A stretch of 64,000 bases of DNA from Octopus sinensis (taxonomy: Eukaryota). A program made the translations under genes and the position numbers. Below the pieces are notes generated by a model that was given only the letters and a program-made list of their open reading frames with translations, ran no database searches and was not told the DNA's origin. Below, piece after piece: positions 1-13,497 of the stretch. Every line of letters begins with the position of its first letter. Position 1 is the stretch's first letter. The stretch covers positions 8,804,001 through 8,868,000 of the forward strand of contig NC_043018.1 of assembly GCF_006345805.1 (NCBI RefSeq), written 5' to 3'.

Positions 1-760
1 AGTTTGTGGATTTGAAATGATGGTAAAGTGGTACAAATATGAGCCAGAGCTGCAATGGTGGAGGCATATGGCCTAGTGGTTAGAGAAGCGGACCCGCGGT
101 CGAGGGATCGCGGGTTCGAATCTCAGACCGGGCGATGTGTGTGTTTATGAGTGAAAATACCTAAGCTCCACGCGGCTCTGGCAGAAAGTAATGGCAAACT
201 TCTGCTGACTCTTTTGCCACAACTTTCTCTCACTCTTTCCTCCTGCATCTTGCAGCTCACCTGCGATGGACCGGCGTCCCATCCAGGTGGGGAACTTATA
301 CACCAAGAGACTGGGAAACCAGCCCTTATGAGCCAGGCATGGCTCAATAAGGAACAAAAAAAAATAGCTGCAATGGTAAATAATTACAAGATTTTATGGG
401 ATATCTCCATAGAGACTGATATTATTTAAGCAAGGAGACCAGAAGTGATTGTGGAGGAGAGAAAAACAAACAGTATGAGAGCATTGACTTTGTAGAACCA
501 CATGATAATAGAGTGGATCCCAAAGAAGCTGAGAAAACTGAGAAATATCAGGAATTAATCAAAATGATGAAAAGATTGTGGAAGGCAATGGTGAACTTTG
601 TTCCTGTGGAAATTGGTGCACTTGACACGACAACCAAAATGCTACCTGAGAGGCTGGAGGCTGTTGGAACTGAGACGTACAGTGCTGACCTACAGAAAAG
701 TGCAATCTTGAATTCTATAAGAATCTTTAAAAAATATTCTTGAGATCTGAGGAGACATGT
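1..760 (+). mobile_element. 3' remnant of an RLE-type non-LTR retrotransposon (R4/Dong-like), split by a SINE
   Basis: Broken frames read KWYKYEP / NNYKILWDISIETDII*ARRPEVIV / KEAEKTEKYQEL...LWK..FVPVEIGALDT..LQKSAIL, the typical C-terminal restriction-like endonuclease region. Confidence 0.85.
60..365 (+). mobile_element. tRNA-derived SINE with 12-bp TSD
   Basis: A box TGGCCTAGTGG, B box GGTTCGAATCT, A-rich tail; TSD AGCTGCAATGGT at 48-59 and 366-377. Confidence 0.9.
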
Positions 761-905
761 TATCATCAAACATCACAACAACATTCCTGCAAACTTGATA
801 TAGCATGTAATAGCTTCTGTATAAAATAATGATTAGAGTGTTTTCTTTTTTACAGCTGGTTTGGTCAGATGTGCTAGATTTTGGTAAATTATAATTCCTG
901 GGTTT

Positions 906-1121
906 TACGGAGATGTACTTGCATAGCAAGTGATTTGATCTGAGATCGTGTGCTGAAACGAAAACAATTGCAGCGTGGAAGGTGTTTGTAAGCCATTTAA
1001 GAAACACACAAAAGCCGTTCGATTCACTTCAACATTTAAGTTTAATTTGTCAAAATATTTTCGTCGCTTTAAGAACGCAACCTGTTCACTGACAAAAATA
1101 TTTTGACAAATTAAACTTAAA
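906..1121. mobile_element. Truncated copy of the foldback MITE at 50747-51142
   Basis: Near-identical to the left arm of that element, followed by a short piece of the opposite arm. Confidence 0.85.
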
Positions 1122-1388
1122 TAATTCCTGGGACATTTTCAAAAAGTATTTCAAAGGTAACCAATTGTTTAGAACAAAAATACGTAGGAGTATTTTTCTT
1201 ACCTTGTTCATTCTTGCTCTGATAAAGGTGGTACATGACTGACCAGCAGATTGGACACCGGTAACTACCAGAAAAACCACCACCACCACCACCGTCACCG
1301 CTGCCACCAGCACCAGCACCACTACCACCACCACACCACCACCACCACCACCAGCAGCTGTACCACTGCTGCCAGCAGCAACAACAGT

Positions 1389-1770
1389 GGAGGTGCAATG
1401 GCCCAGTGGTTAGGGCAGCGGACTCGCGGTCGGAGGATCACGGTTTCGATATCCAGACCGGGCTTTGTGTGTGTTTATTGAGCGAAAATACCTAAAGCTT
1501 CATGAGGCTCCGGCAAGGGGTGATGACGACCCCTGTTGTACTCTTTCGTTCCAACTTTCTCTCACTCCTTTCTTCCTGTTTCTTATCCCTGACTTTCTAC
1601 GCAACCGCTGAGCCTGGATGTGCATTCATCCATCCGTCGATGCTCTCGGTGTCAGGGGTTAACCTGCTTTCTCTTCTGCGGGTTTTACGAATAGCAAAGG
1701 ACCACGTTTCGGACTCCTCCCACCACAGACAATCCTGAGGCGCGATCTTGCGAGCTCTGGGACGAAGACC
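1389..1770 (+). mobile_element. tRNA-derived SINE, head related to 60-365 but different body
   Basis: TGGCCCAGTGGTTAG...GGTTTCGATATCC, then shared AGACCGGGC..GTGTGTGTTTA..GAAAATACCTAA. Confidence 0.8.
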
Positions 1771-2435
1771 ACAGCAACAACACCAACACCAACACCACTG
1801 CCACCAGTATTATCATGCCTAATGTTGATGTTCATGTTGTTGTCATCACCACTTTTGCTCACTGCCTACTCTTGTGCTTGTCCTCCTCCTCCTCCTCCTC
1901 GTCATCATCATCATCATCATTATCGTAATCACTGTTATGACTTTAACACACTTCCCCTCCCCCCGATCTTTCAATCTTCACACATCTTTTAACTCAGAGA
2001 CCCCCCACCTCACTCCAACTAATCTTGCCATGCTGCAACCATTCAATCTTCACTTGTCCTTTGCGGAGAGGGACCTTAATACCTATTGGTAATTATTCAT
2101 CTCCTAGCGAGAGAGGATAGAGAGGTGGGGGGATAATTATTATCAGGAACATCAATACTGTTTCCATAAACACATCAAAATATTTCTCAGACCCCTTGCC
2201 CCCACTTCTTAAATCACTTAGAAATCTATTCAGCACCCCCCACACAGATATGTTCTTTATAACCCTTCCATTCTGGGATGTTTGGGTTTTTTTTATAGCA
2301 TAAAACATTTTATATATTTACTTCTTTAACCACAAGAAGAAGTTATGAAGGGGTAAGTAGGGGGGGGAGCCGCAAAGAAAGGCAGCTCTTAAAACATTGG
2401 AAATATATCGGTTAGTGCAATATACATATTAAAAT

Positions 2436-2466
<31 letters not shown>

Positions 2467-2730
2467 TATATATCTGTATCTATATTTATCTATCAACCTA
2501 TACACATACATACATGCATATACACACATACACTTACACATGTGCGCACACACACACGCACACACTCACTCACACACACATCCATTAATACATGCATACA
2601 TACACATAAATATATATTTGTGTGTGTGTGTGAACATATATATTATATATATATATATTCATACATTTAGATAAATGTATATATGCATGTGTATATATAT
2701 ATATATATACAGACACACACACACACACAT

Positions 2731-2762
<32 letters not shown>

Positions 2763-2890
2763 ATATGAATATAGATATAAATATATGTATGTGTATATAT
2801 ATGTTATATATATAAAAACATATATAATATACATTCACACCTATAAACACATATATATGTGTATGTATATATATGTGTATGTATATATAA

Positions 2891-2953
<63 letters not shown>

Positions 2954-3599
2954 AATAAAAAAAAAATATATATATATAGATAGATAAATAAAACTTATAT
3001 ATGTATACACACACACACACAACACACACATATATACTATGTATATGTGTGTGTGTGTGTGTAAAGAAAAACAAAAACCAGGGAAGGCGCTGAAGACATC
3101 CTGAGGCTGACATGATTCAATTTCACTCAAGCTATTTGATTCTGGATGACTTTAAATTATCAGGCAGCTGTTTAGGTTGGTCCTTCCAATCTTAAATGGG
3201 CCGTCTTTAGAACTTTCAACACAGCACTACCCACTTCATTTCTTTTCTTTGTCAGTCTCAGACTTTACTCAAGTCTACCACCACCACTACCACCACCACA
3301 TCACTCTTCTACTAAACTAAACACTTCTCTTCAGTTATTCACCAATAAAATAAATTTCTCTTAAAATCCAACACCCTTTCATGCTCTCCTTTGGATAATA
3401 TTTTTAATTCAGGATTTGCTTGTTGGATTTCACTGTTTGAAATAATTTTTTTGTCGTTTTCTGTTTCTTTTGCTACCCTCCCTCTCTCTCTCACTCTTTC
3501 TCTTGCTTTTCCACTCTACATAAATTGTGTATTGAGTCCATATTGAACTATGGTCTTACTAGATCTATACTCAAAATATTCCATACATCACCATCATCA

Positions 3600-3930
3600 T
3601 CATCATCATCATTGCCAATGACCATTGCCAGAGCAGCCAACTGGCTTCCATGCCAGTGGCACATAAAAGGGCACCATTCGAGCGTGATCTTTACCAATGT
3701 CGCCTTACTGGCACCTGTGCTGGTGGCATATGTAAAAGGATTCAAGCGAAGTCGTTGCCAGTACCGCTTGACTGGCCCCCATGTCAGTGACATGTAAAAA
3801 GCACCCACTACACTCTCAGAGTGGTTGGCGTTAGGAAGGGCATCCAGCTGTAGAAATCAAGATTCGCCAAATCAAGATTCGCCAACCCATGCTAGCATGG
3901 AAAGCGGACGTTAAACGATGATGATGATCA
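3600..3930 (+). mobile_element. RTE 3'-end fragment with (GAT)n tail
   Basis: ...GTTAGGAAGGGCATCCAGCTGTAGAAA...CATGCTAGCATGGAAAGCGGACGTTAAACGATGATG; same tail is attached to RT-coding RTE at 35810-38040. Confidence 0.8.
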
Positions 3931-4182
3931 TCATATATATATATATATATCATTGCTGTTGTATGTCCAAATTTGGACAAATGCTTTTTTTCAATATTTA
4001 TTTTTGCTTGCAATAGCTGGTTCTTTTGGTCACACTATCGTATCTCCAGCTGCTTCAGGTGCCAAAATATCAAAAATTGTCAAAGCATAGTACAATGGTT
4101 TTGCTATGGAATGGTGAAACTATTTTTTCATATTCTGAAAAAGCAATGCATTGGACTTACGACACTTTTGCATGAAACCAAC

Positions 4183-4213
<31 letters not shown>

Positions 4214-4247
<34 letters not shown>

Positions 4248-4630
4248 GTTTCACGTCCGCTTTCCATGCTAGCATGGGCTGGATGGTTCGACTGGGGTCT
4301 GGGAAGTCAGGAGGCTGCACCAGGCTCCAGTCTGGTTTGGCAGTGTTTCTACAGCTGGATACCCTTCCTAACGCCAACCACTCCGTGAGTGTAGAGGGTG
4401 CTTTTTACGTGCCACTGGCACAGCGGCCAGGGGAGGCTGGCAACGGCCACGATCGGTTGGTGCTTCTTACAGGCCACCGGCACGGAGGCCAGTCAAGGCG
4501 GCGCTGGCAACGGCCACATTCAGATGTTTCTTTTATGTGCCACTGGCACTGGTGTCACAACTGCCATTTCCATTGATTTTTGATCGATTTCGATTTCACT
4601 TGCCTCAACAGGTCTTCGCAAGCAGAGTTC
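4214..4630 (-). mobile_element. RTE 3'-end fragment
   Basis: (CAT)n followed by CGTTTCACGTCCGCTTTCCATGCTAGCATGGG. Confidence 0.8.
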
Positions 4631-4779
4631 AGCATCATAATCATCACCATTATCACTATCACTCTATCACTACTACTATTGTAAGTGTCATCCTTATTTT
4701 AACGTCCACTTTCCTATGCCTGCGATGGTCAACTGAAAATCACTGAAGCGGGTTTTCTTCAGCCAGATATGCGCTCCTT

Positions 4780-5352
4780 GGTGGCGAGCTGGCAGAATCG
4801 TTAGCACGCTGGGCGAAATGCTTAGCAGTATTTCATCTGCCGCTACGTTCTGAGTTCAAATTCCGCTGAGGTCGACTTTGCTTTTCATCCTTTCGGGGTC
4901 GATAAATTAAGTACATGTTATGCACTGGGGTCGATATAATTGACTTAATCCATTTGTCCCCACTGTGTGTAGCCCCTTGTGGGCAGTAAAGAAATTGGTA
5001 TTTCGTCTGCCGCTACATTCTGAGTTCAAATTCCGCTGAGGTCGACTTTGCCTTTCATCCTTTCACGGTCGATTAAATAAGTACCAGTTACGCACTGGAG
5101 TCGATATACTCGACTTAGTCTGTTTGTCCCTTTTGTGTTTAGCCCCTCGTGTGTAGTAAAGAAATAGGTATTTCGTCTGCTGTTACGTTCTGAGTTCAAA
5201 TTCCATCGAGGTCGACTTTGCCTTTCATCCTTTCGGGGTCAATAAATTAAGTACCTGTTATGCACTGGGATCGACGTAATCGACTTAATCCCGTTGTCTG
5301 TCCTTGTTTGTCCCCTCTATGTTTAGCCCCTTGTGGGTAGTAAAGAAATAAG
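4780..5352 (+). mobile_element. tRNA-derived SINE (family A) with three tandem body units
   Basis: Head GGCGAGCTGGCAGAATCGTTAGC, then three ~170-180 bp units GTATTTCGTCTGC..GAGTTCAAATTCC..CCTTTCATCCTTTCGGGGTCGAT..AAAGAAAT. Confidence 0.85.
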
Positions 5353-5519
5353 ATATGTTTTCCTTGGATGACTGGAAGAGAAGGACACCACCAGTATGAC
5401 AGTGGCACTTGTTTACGACTATGATGCAATAATTGAGGCAAGAGGCAGTTTGCTGCCCTACAAACCTGTTCAACATCAGTCAGCATGGAGAAACGGATGA
5501 CAAAGGAATGAGGAAGTGT

Positions 5520-6100
5520 AATGATGCTGATGATGCCGATGATGATGATGACAATGGTGGTAGTAATGATGATGATGACAATGATAGTGACAATGATGGT
5601 TGTGGTGGTGGTTGTATCTGTGGTGGTAGTGGTGGTGATGGGCATGGTGATGATGATGATGATGACAATGATGGTGATGATCATCATTATAGTGATGATG
5701 ATGATGGTGACGACAATGATGATGACAATGATGGTGATCATATATGATGGCGATGATGATTGTGATGATGACAATAGTGATGATGATGATGCTGATGATG
5801 GTGACGACTATGATGATGCCAGTGGTGGTGGTAGTGATGACAACAATGACAACAGCGATGAGGAGAAGAAGGTGGATGGTGGTGATGATGATGATGATGA
5901 GGAGGAGGAGGAGGAGGATGGTGATGATGGTTGTGATGATGAGGATGATGATGACAGCAGCAACAACAATGATGATGATGATGACGACAATGATGGTAAT
6001 GATGACGATGACAATGATGACAATGATGATAACGATGTTGATGATGATGATGATGACAAACAACAATGATGATGATGCTTTTGATGATGAGGAGGAAGAG
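5520..6100. repeat. Degenerate (GAT)n microsatellite
   Basis: Seen directly; source of poly-D/M/I ORFs. Confidence 0.95.
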
Positions 6101-6824
6101 AATTAGAACGGTGATGTTAATAACTACAATGATGGCAATTACGACCGTGAGACAAGTAACTGTTTAAACTGATGTCATTACATAATTAGTAGCGTGTAAT
6201 TAGTATTTTAATTGACATCAGAAAGAATATTAAAGTCAAGTCGACCAAACTGAAACAAAATTCCTTGAAATGCTGACATTGGTAAATAACAACTGTAAGG
6301 CATCAGGTCTCACAATGAGCCGACCACTCCCAGAGTATTCGGTGGTTTTCGGTTCCAACGGCTCCTATTATAGTTTGGTGCTACTATTATTAACTATGCT
6401 GGAGTAATTTCACTGAAGTAAGTTAAATAAACTTGCTGACATTCTCTCTCCTTAGTTTTACAGAGTTTTTTTAGTACAGAGATGGGGGGGGGAGTTGTAC
6501 TTTGATTGTGTGTGTGTGTGTGTGTGTGTGTATTCATTTGTGAGAGTTTGTAATTGATGATGATTATGCGTGTGTGTGTGTGTTAGTGAGGGAGAGAGAG
6601 AGAGAGGGAAATGGTGTGAATGAAATTGTGTGTTCTATGTAAATGTGTGTGTATTCATCAACCTGTGTGTATAAAAGTATGCGTATGTATAGATGTAAGG
6701 TTATCTATCTGTTAGGCTATCTATCTTTCTATTTATACACACACACACATGTATGTGTATATATACATACATATATACACATATATATATATATATACAT
6801 GCCAGCATGAAAAAGAGGCATTAA

Positions 6825-6855
<31 letters not shown>

Positions 6856-6864
6856 GGATGGCAA

Positions 6865-7672
6865 TCATCATCATCATCATCGTTTAACGTCCGCTTTCCA
6901 TGCTAGCATGGGTTGGACGGTTCAACTGGGGTCTGGCAAGCCCGAAGGCTGCACCAGGCCAGTCTGATCTGGCAGTGTTTCTACAGCTGGATGCCCTTCC
7001 TAACGCCAACCACTCCGAGAGTGTAGTGGGTGATTTTATGTGCCACCGACACAGGTGCCAGACGAGGCTGGCAGATGGTCACGCTCGGATGGTGTTTTTT
7101 TATGTGCCACCGACACAGGTGCCAGACGAGGCTGGCAGACGGCCACGCTCGGATGGTGTTTTTTATGTGCCACCGATACAGGTGCCAGACGAGGCTGGCG
7201 AACGGCTACGATTGGATGGTGTTTGTTACGTGCCCACAGCACGGAGGCCAGTCAATACGGTACTGGCTGCGGTCCCGTTCGGATGGTTTTCTTATGTGCC
7301 ACCGGCACTGGTACCACAAGGATACAAATTCCATTGATGTTCATCTATTTTGATTTGATTCGATTTGACTTTCACTTGCCTCAACAGGTCTTCACAAGTA
7401 TCACAAGCAGGAAGGTATGCACAGGTGGACTGACTACGTCCCAGGTAGGGGCCATGGGTTATGGCTTCAATAGTCTTGCCGGGTCTTCTCACGCACAGCA
7501 TACTTCCATAGGTCTCGGTCTCTAGTCATTTCCATGGTGAGACCTAACGTTCGAAGGTCGTGCTTCACCACCTCGTCCCAGGTTTTCCTGGGTCTACCTC
7601 TTCCACGGGTTCCCTCAACTGCTAGGGATTGGCACTTTCTCACACACCTATCTTCATCCATTCTCGCCACAT
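6865..7672 (-). mobile_element. RTE LINE 3' end (ORF C-terminus plus 3' UTR)
   Basis: ORF 7467-7670 RMDEDRCVRKC..VEGTRGRGRPRKTWDEVVKHDLR; 3' UTR with internal tandem units and (GAT)n tail. Confidence 0.9.
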
Positions 7673-8047
7673 TCTCGCAATGACAATAGGATATGCTTCC
7701 TCTCCAAACTTACTCACAAGGCATATGTTTGGTCTGGGACTATAGCAGAAGGCACTTGCCCAAGGTGCTGTGCGGTGGGATTGAACCCAAATCCACATAG
7801 TTGCAAAGCAAGTTTCTTAAACACACAGCCATGCCAGCACCAATGGTCATGAGTCCATGCATGCCCCCATATATGTGTGTGTGTGCTCGTGCACATGTGT
7901 GTGTGCATGTGTGTATAATAATATTTAACATGTTCCCGTACACTCAGACACAAGAAGACTTTTTGTTACAGAAATAGTCTTAGGACAAAAAGCTTCTTGT
8001 AGATAATACATGTTCGAACAGATCTCGTCATTGGGTGATGAATGGTG

Positions 8048-8094
8048 TCATCTGATACATGCATTTCTGTATTGTTGCACTTCATCAGCTATGA
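8048..8094 (-). ncRNA. Degenerate type-I hammerhead-like motif
   Basis: Minus strand TCATAG-CTGATGA-AGTGCAACAATACA-GAAA-TGCATGTA-TC-AGATGA; core boxes intact, stems I and II imperfect. Confidence 0.5.
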
Positions 8095-8936
8095 ACACTG
8101 AATCAGTCTTTCATAGTTCTGTAAGATTGCTCATTGTTATATATAAGAAAAGCAAGTACAACATTTGCTGATATGCGTATGCAGCAGTATGTACAGTCAT
8201 CTTTTACATTGTTCCTGTACACTTGGACATGGGAAAACCTCTTGCTGGGAAGACACCTGAGTCTACGGGAACATGTTAAACAAGATTGTACACATATATA
8301 TTTATTTCGACATTGTTTCAGACACCCATTGTTAATGTATAGTTATATATTTATACATATACAAATATATGCACAAAGCCACATCCACCTATTCACACAC
8401 CTACCACTATAGCTGCTAACCTCTCAGAGCGACATTAACACAGCTGCACAGATCCTACCACACGTATACACATACACAAACACACACACACACACAGAGG
8501 CTACACAATCACAACCACTTCTCATACACACACACAGTTACCACCATATGCACACATGCTACCATGCACACACACACACACATAAAGTTACTGCCACACA
8601 CACATGCTATCATGCATAAACATACTACCACACACACACACACAGAGGCTACACAATCACAACCACTTCTCACACACGCACACACACACAGTTACCACCA
8701 TATGCACACATGCTACCATGCACACACACACACATAAAGTTACTGCCACACACACATGCTACCATGCATACACATACTACCACACACACACACTGACTAT
8801 CTTCACACTCTCCTGTCCCAGAAAACACTTTCTCTTCCTCCTTCTACTTCTGGTTACTTCAGAAATGTAACAGCATATAGAATGTTGGTGATTTTTCCTC
8901 CTTCTTTCTTTCCCTATGGACTTTCCTGTTTTTCCT

Positions 8937-8971
8937 GTTTCCGATGAAGAGTTATGCTCAAAACATAAAAC
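8937..8971 (+). ncRNA. Decayed minimal hammerhead motif in a PLE-like 3' end
   Basis: GTTT-CCGATGAA-GAGT tat GCTC-AAAA-CA-TA-AAAC; stems pair but the core is mutated. Confidence 0.45.
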
Positions 8972-9432
8972 AACAACTCTCTTCTTCCTCCAAGCGACAT
9001 ATTAATACATTGCTTGTGCTACATCCCCATGTTTGTTCGTTTCTCTTTTTTTATCTTATTTATAATTGATTATATGTATATATATATGTATGTATATATG
9101 TATGTACATATATATGCATGTATATGTTTGTATATGTATGTGTGTGTGTATGTATATATGTATATGTAAATATATATATATACACACATATATATACCTA
9201 CATACATATATATATACCTACATACATATACCACATACATATATATATACCACATACATATATATACCTACATATATATATATATACATACATATATATA
9301 TATCTATATGTATGTATGTATGTGTGTATATATATATATATATATACAGTTCAAAAATATACAAAAGACAGGAACAAGTAAATGAAAAACAACAACAAGG
9401 TGCATTAGTTTGACACTCAAGAAAAATAGGGG

Positions 9433-9470
9433 TCTTTGACATTTCATGCCGACACTCTTCTACAGAAAGA
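9433..9470 (-). ncRNA. Decayed minimal hammerhead motif (CUGUAGA variant)
   Basis: Minus strand TCTTT-CTGTAGAA-GAGT gtcg GCAT-GAAA-TG-TC-AAAGA. Confidence 0.5.
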
Positions 9471-9629
9471 ATTGAGGAGAGAAAACAGATGGAAGGAGGA
9501 AAAAACAAAGGGGGAAAAAAGCGTCTGAATTAAATGTCCATTCATTTACAACTGTTTCATAATGGTGTTAGTTATATGATAGATCTTATATAAGCATTAC
9601 CATGCATATAACGTGTACATATAAATACA

Positions 9630-9833
9630 CAGGGTGGTTCAAGAGTTACAGAGAGGACTAAAAGTTTAATAAATTTGTTTTAATTACACTTTTTATTTGT
9701 AATTCACAAAATTATTCACCTCTGTGACTTTTGGGTCACCTGTGACTTTTGGGTCACCTGTGACTTTTGGGTCACCTGTGACTTTTGGGTCACCTGTGAC
9801 TTTTGGGTCACCTGTGACTGTTGGGCCACCATG
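9630..9833. mobile_element. Tc1/mariner-like MITE with tandemly amplified right TIR
   Basis: Left end CAGGGTGGTTCAAGAGTTACAGAG is the imperfect reverse complement of CTCTGTGACTTTTGGGTCACC; 18-bp unit repeated six times at 9722-9829. Confidence 0.65.
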
Positions 9834-9848
9834 TATATATATATATCT

Positions 9849-10320
9849 CATCATCATCATCATCATCATCGTTTAACGTCCGCTTTCAATGCTAGCATGG
9901 GTTGGATGATTTGACTGAGGACTGGCAAACCAGATGGCTGCACCAAGCTCCAATCTTGATCTGGCAGAGTTCCTACAGCTGGATGTCCTTCCTAACGCCA
10001 ACCACTCCAAGAGTGTAGTGGGTGCTTTTATGTGCCACCGGCACAGGGGCCAGTCAGGCGGCACTGGCAATGGCCAAGCTCAAATGGTGTTTTTTACGTG
10101 CCTGTCCAGTAGCACTGGCAATGACCTCGCTCGAATGTTTTTTCATGTGTCACCAGCACAAGTGCCAGTAAGGTGACGCTGGTAACAACCATGCTCGAAT
10201 GGTGCATTTTACGTGCCACCGGCATGGAAGCCAGTTTAGCTGCTCTGGCAATGATCACGCTCAGATGGTGCTCTAAGCGCTCCACTAGCATGGATGCCAG
10301 TCATCGAATTTGATTTCGAT
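9849..10320 (-). mobile_element. RTE 3'-end fragment
   Basis: Same RTE 3' UTR and (CAT)n tail. Confidence 0.8.
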
Positions 10321-10469
10321 TTATATATATATGTTCATGTATACTCATATATACAAAGATACATACATGTGTATATATATAAGAATAGGTATGAGTATGT
10401 GGTAAGAAGTTTGCATCCCAGCTACATTTACACATCGATATATATGTATGCATGTGTGTATCACGATTC

Positions 10470-10852
10470 TTGTCATCGTCATCATTGTTGTTGTCATCAT
10501 CATCATCACCACCATCATCATCATCATCGTCATCATCATCGTCATCATCATCGTCGTGATCATCATCATCGCCATCATTGTTGTTGTGATCATCATCATC
10601 ATCATCATCATCGTGGTCGTCGTCATCATCATCGTCATCATCATCATCATTGTCATCCTCATGATCCTCGTCTTCGTCGATGTCATCATCGTTGTCGTCA
10701 TTGTTGTCATCATCGTCATCTTCATCATCATCGTCATCGTCATTATCATCAACATTATTGTCATCATCGTCATCACCGTTGTCGTCCTCCTCCTCCTCAT
10801 CATTATCGTCACCATTGTTATTGCCATTGCTGTCGTCATCAATGTCATCATA
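10470..10852. repeat. Degenerate (CAT)n microsatellite
   Basis: Seen directly; source of the poly-His ORF. Confidence 0.95.
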
Positions 10853-11045
10853 ATCCTACCTCCATAGAGGTGCGTATAGTTTATACATCACATATACACC
10901 CGTCTGTTTATATATTTCCATAGCCATGGGACGTATGTCAGCGTTTGTGTGTGTAAGTCCACCTCCTTTACATCAACGTCTATTCAAATGTTTCATCAAT
11001 GAAACTAATTTGAAATCATGAATGAAAGTGTTAATGGGAGAATGG

Positions 11046-11102
<57 letters not shown>

Positions 11103-11539
11103 TGTGTGTGTTGTGTGTGTGTGTGTGTGTGTGTGAGTGTGTTTGTGTGTGTAATTCTGCATTAAGTCTATAATTGCATGATGTATGTGTGAGTATATCT
11201 AATTATGTGTTTGTGTGTGATGATAGAGGAAGTGGATGAAAATTGTGCGTATGCATGTGTGTGTGTGTGTGTGTGAGCATTTCTGTGTGTGTCTCTTTGT
11301 ATGTGTGTATCTCTCCTAACGCAAACAAATACATACTCACGAATGTATACACGCAGTCACCAGTGTATATGAAATATCTCACAAATAAAACTAATTTGGT
11401 GAACATTCGGAAGAGGTTTGTTAATGCATCAATTATATTTATATAATATGTGTGTGTGTGTGTGTGTGTGTATACACTCATTATGCACATTATCATAAAC
11501 AACAGCAGCGTGCTGTGAGAGTATAATAAGTGCAAATAG

Positions 11540-12300
11540 ATGCATTCATTGAAAAAATATAAACCTACAAAAAAAAATACAGGAAGATGTCTTGCAAACT
11601 GGTTATCAAATAAAGCTCAATATCCTTCTAGCCATCGCTCATCGTCTCTTTTTAACCAAATCCAGTGGCTAGTCTTCTCCACTGTAGTTTGGATATCGGT
11701 CATGGTGGTATTGACTTTACGGTGAGTTAGGCCTAATGATAACAACAGTTGTCTCATGCTGTGTCCAACAAACCCTCTACATCCGACTTTGATTGGAAAA
11801 TGTTCTGCTTTCCAGCCTGCATCTTCATATTATTCGAGGAGGTTAACATAACGGTCAATCTTTCAAGTCCGAGTGGCGTCCATATTATCTTCATGACTAG
11901 ATTTACAACTACTCGACTAGATTTACAACTTTCCTTCTTTCACACCACATAAAAATGTCTGTTTTTTTTCGTAACTCAGGTGGGAAAGAATCCCTGGCAC
12001 CCAGGTAAATCTGCAGTCACCTCCCAATAGCCATTCCACTTTTCATCTCTCACAGGAAGTTTCTTGAGCTTCTTGAAACGGATCCGCTGACCTGATCGCA
12101 CAAAGGTAATGAAATCTCTAGATGGTACTTTTAACAGTTTTTTTCTCAGTGTTGTTGAGATGAATTTGGTTCTTTATAGCATTGAAGATAACCTTAAGGA
12201 CCAAGTTGTGTCTCCATGTATACCTGTTCATTGCTAATAAAGAGCTGGAAAGAATATGTTTCAGTGTTCCGACCTTTCTAAAGTTTACTTATTTCTCATC
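11540..12300 (-). mobile_element. 3' remnant of a HERO/NeSL-like RLE non-LTR retrotransposon
   Basis: Minus strand translates GTLKHILSS..NRYTWRHNLVL..FVRSG..WEVTADLPG..; ..AGWKAEHFPIKVGCRGFVGHS..LGL..SHWIWLKRDDERWLEGY* (stop at 11617-11619); internal stops and frameshifts. Confidence 0.85.
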
Positions 12301-12986
12301 ACTGCTTAGTGCTGCTACTACCAGATTTGTTCTGATTGGGCTGTCTGAAAGTGCAAGTCAGTCACTAATATTGCCTTCTACTATAGGTACAAGGCTTGAA
12401 ATTTTAGGGTAGAGGGCTAGCCAATTACATCGCCCCCGCTATCCCAACCCCATGCTTATTTTATTGCTGATGCTTAATTTTTTGACCCTAAAAGGATGAA
12501 AAGCAATGACGAGATTGACAGAATTTGAACTCAGAATGTAAGGACGTATGAAATACCACTAGGCATTTTGTCCAGAATGCTATAATGATTCTTCTCAATT
12601 GTTACCATAAATCAGTCACCAATACTGATTTCAAAATTTGGCACAAGGCCAGCAATTTTGTGGGAGGGGGTAAGTTGTTTACGCTGACCCCAGTGCTAGA
12701 CTTGCACTTATCTTATCAACCCTAAAATGATGAAATCAGTCACTAATATTGACTGTTCCATTTTAAAGCTGAAGCTTTCTAATCTGTCCAAGGTTATCTC
12801 TCTTTGGTATTTCCTGCTGAGGAAGACATAATGAGCCAGAGATAATTCTTGGAGCCCACTGCACTGATAATGGGGGTATTTACACCATTTACCATGAATA
12901 GGAATTTATTCCCCCATGGTAAACTGCTGTGAAATTGCATGTATATATATATGTGTACATGTATGTATATATATATATATATATGT

Positions 12987-13376
<390 letters not shown>

Positions 13377-13466
13377 TTGTGTGCGTGTATGCATACATAC
13401 ATGAACACAGTCTCATGAATGCGTACATCATATATATATATATATATATATGTGTATATATGTGTA

Positions 13467-13497
<31 letters not shown>

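Noticed and set aside
60-135. tRNA gene
   Set aside because: A and B boxes belong to a SINE with a body, tail and TSD
3080-3125. CTGAAGA hammerhead-like start
   Set aside because: No GAAA box or convincing stems
6314-6425. Possible exon ending at GTAAGT
   Set aside because: The ATG frame stops before the donor; weak acceptor; no recognisable peptide
9722-9829. Regular short palindromic repeats resembling CRISPR
   Set aside because: No spacers, eukaryotic context, no cas genes; derived from a MITE end
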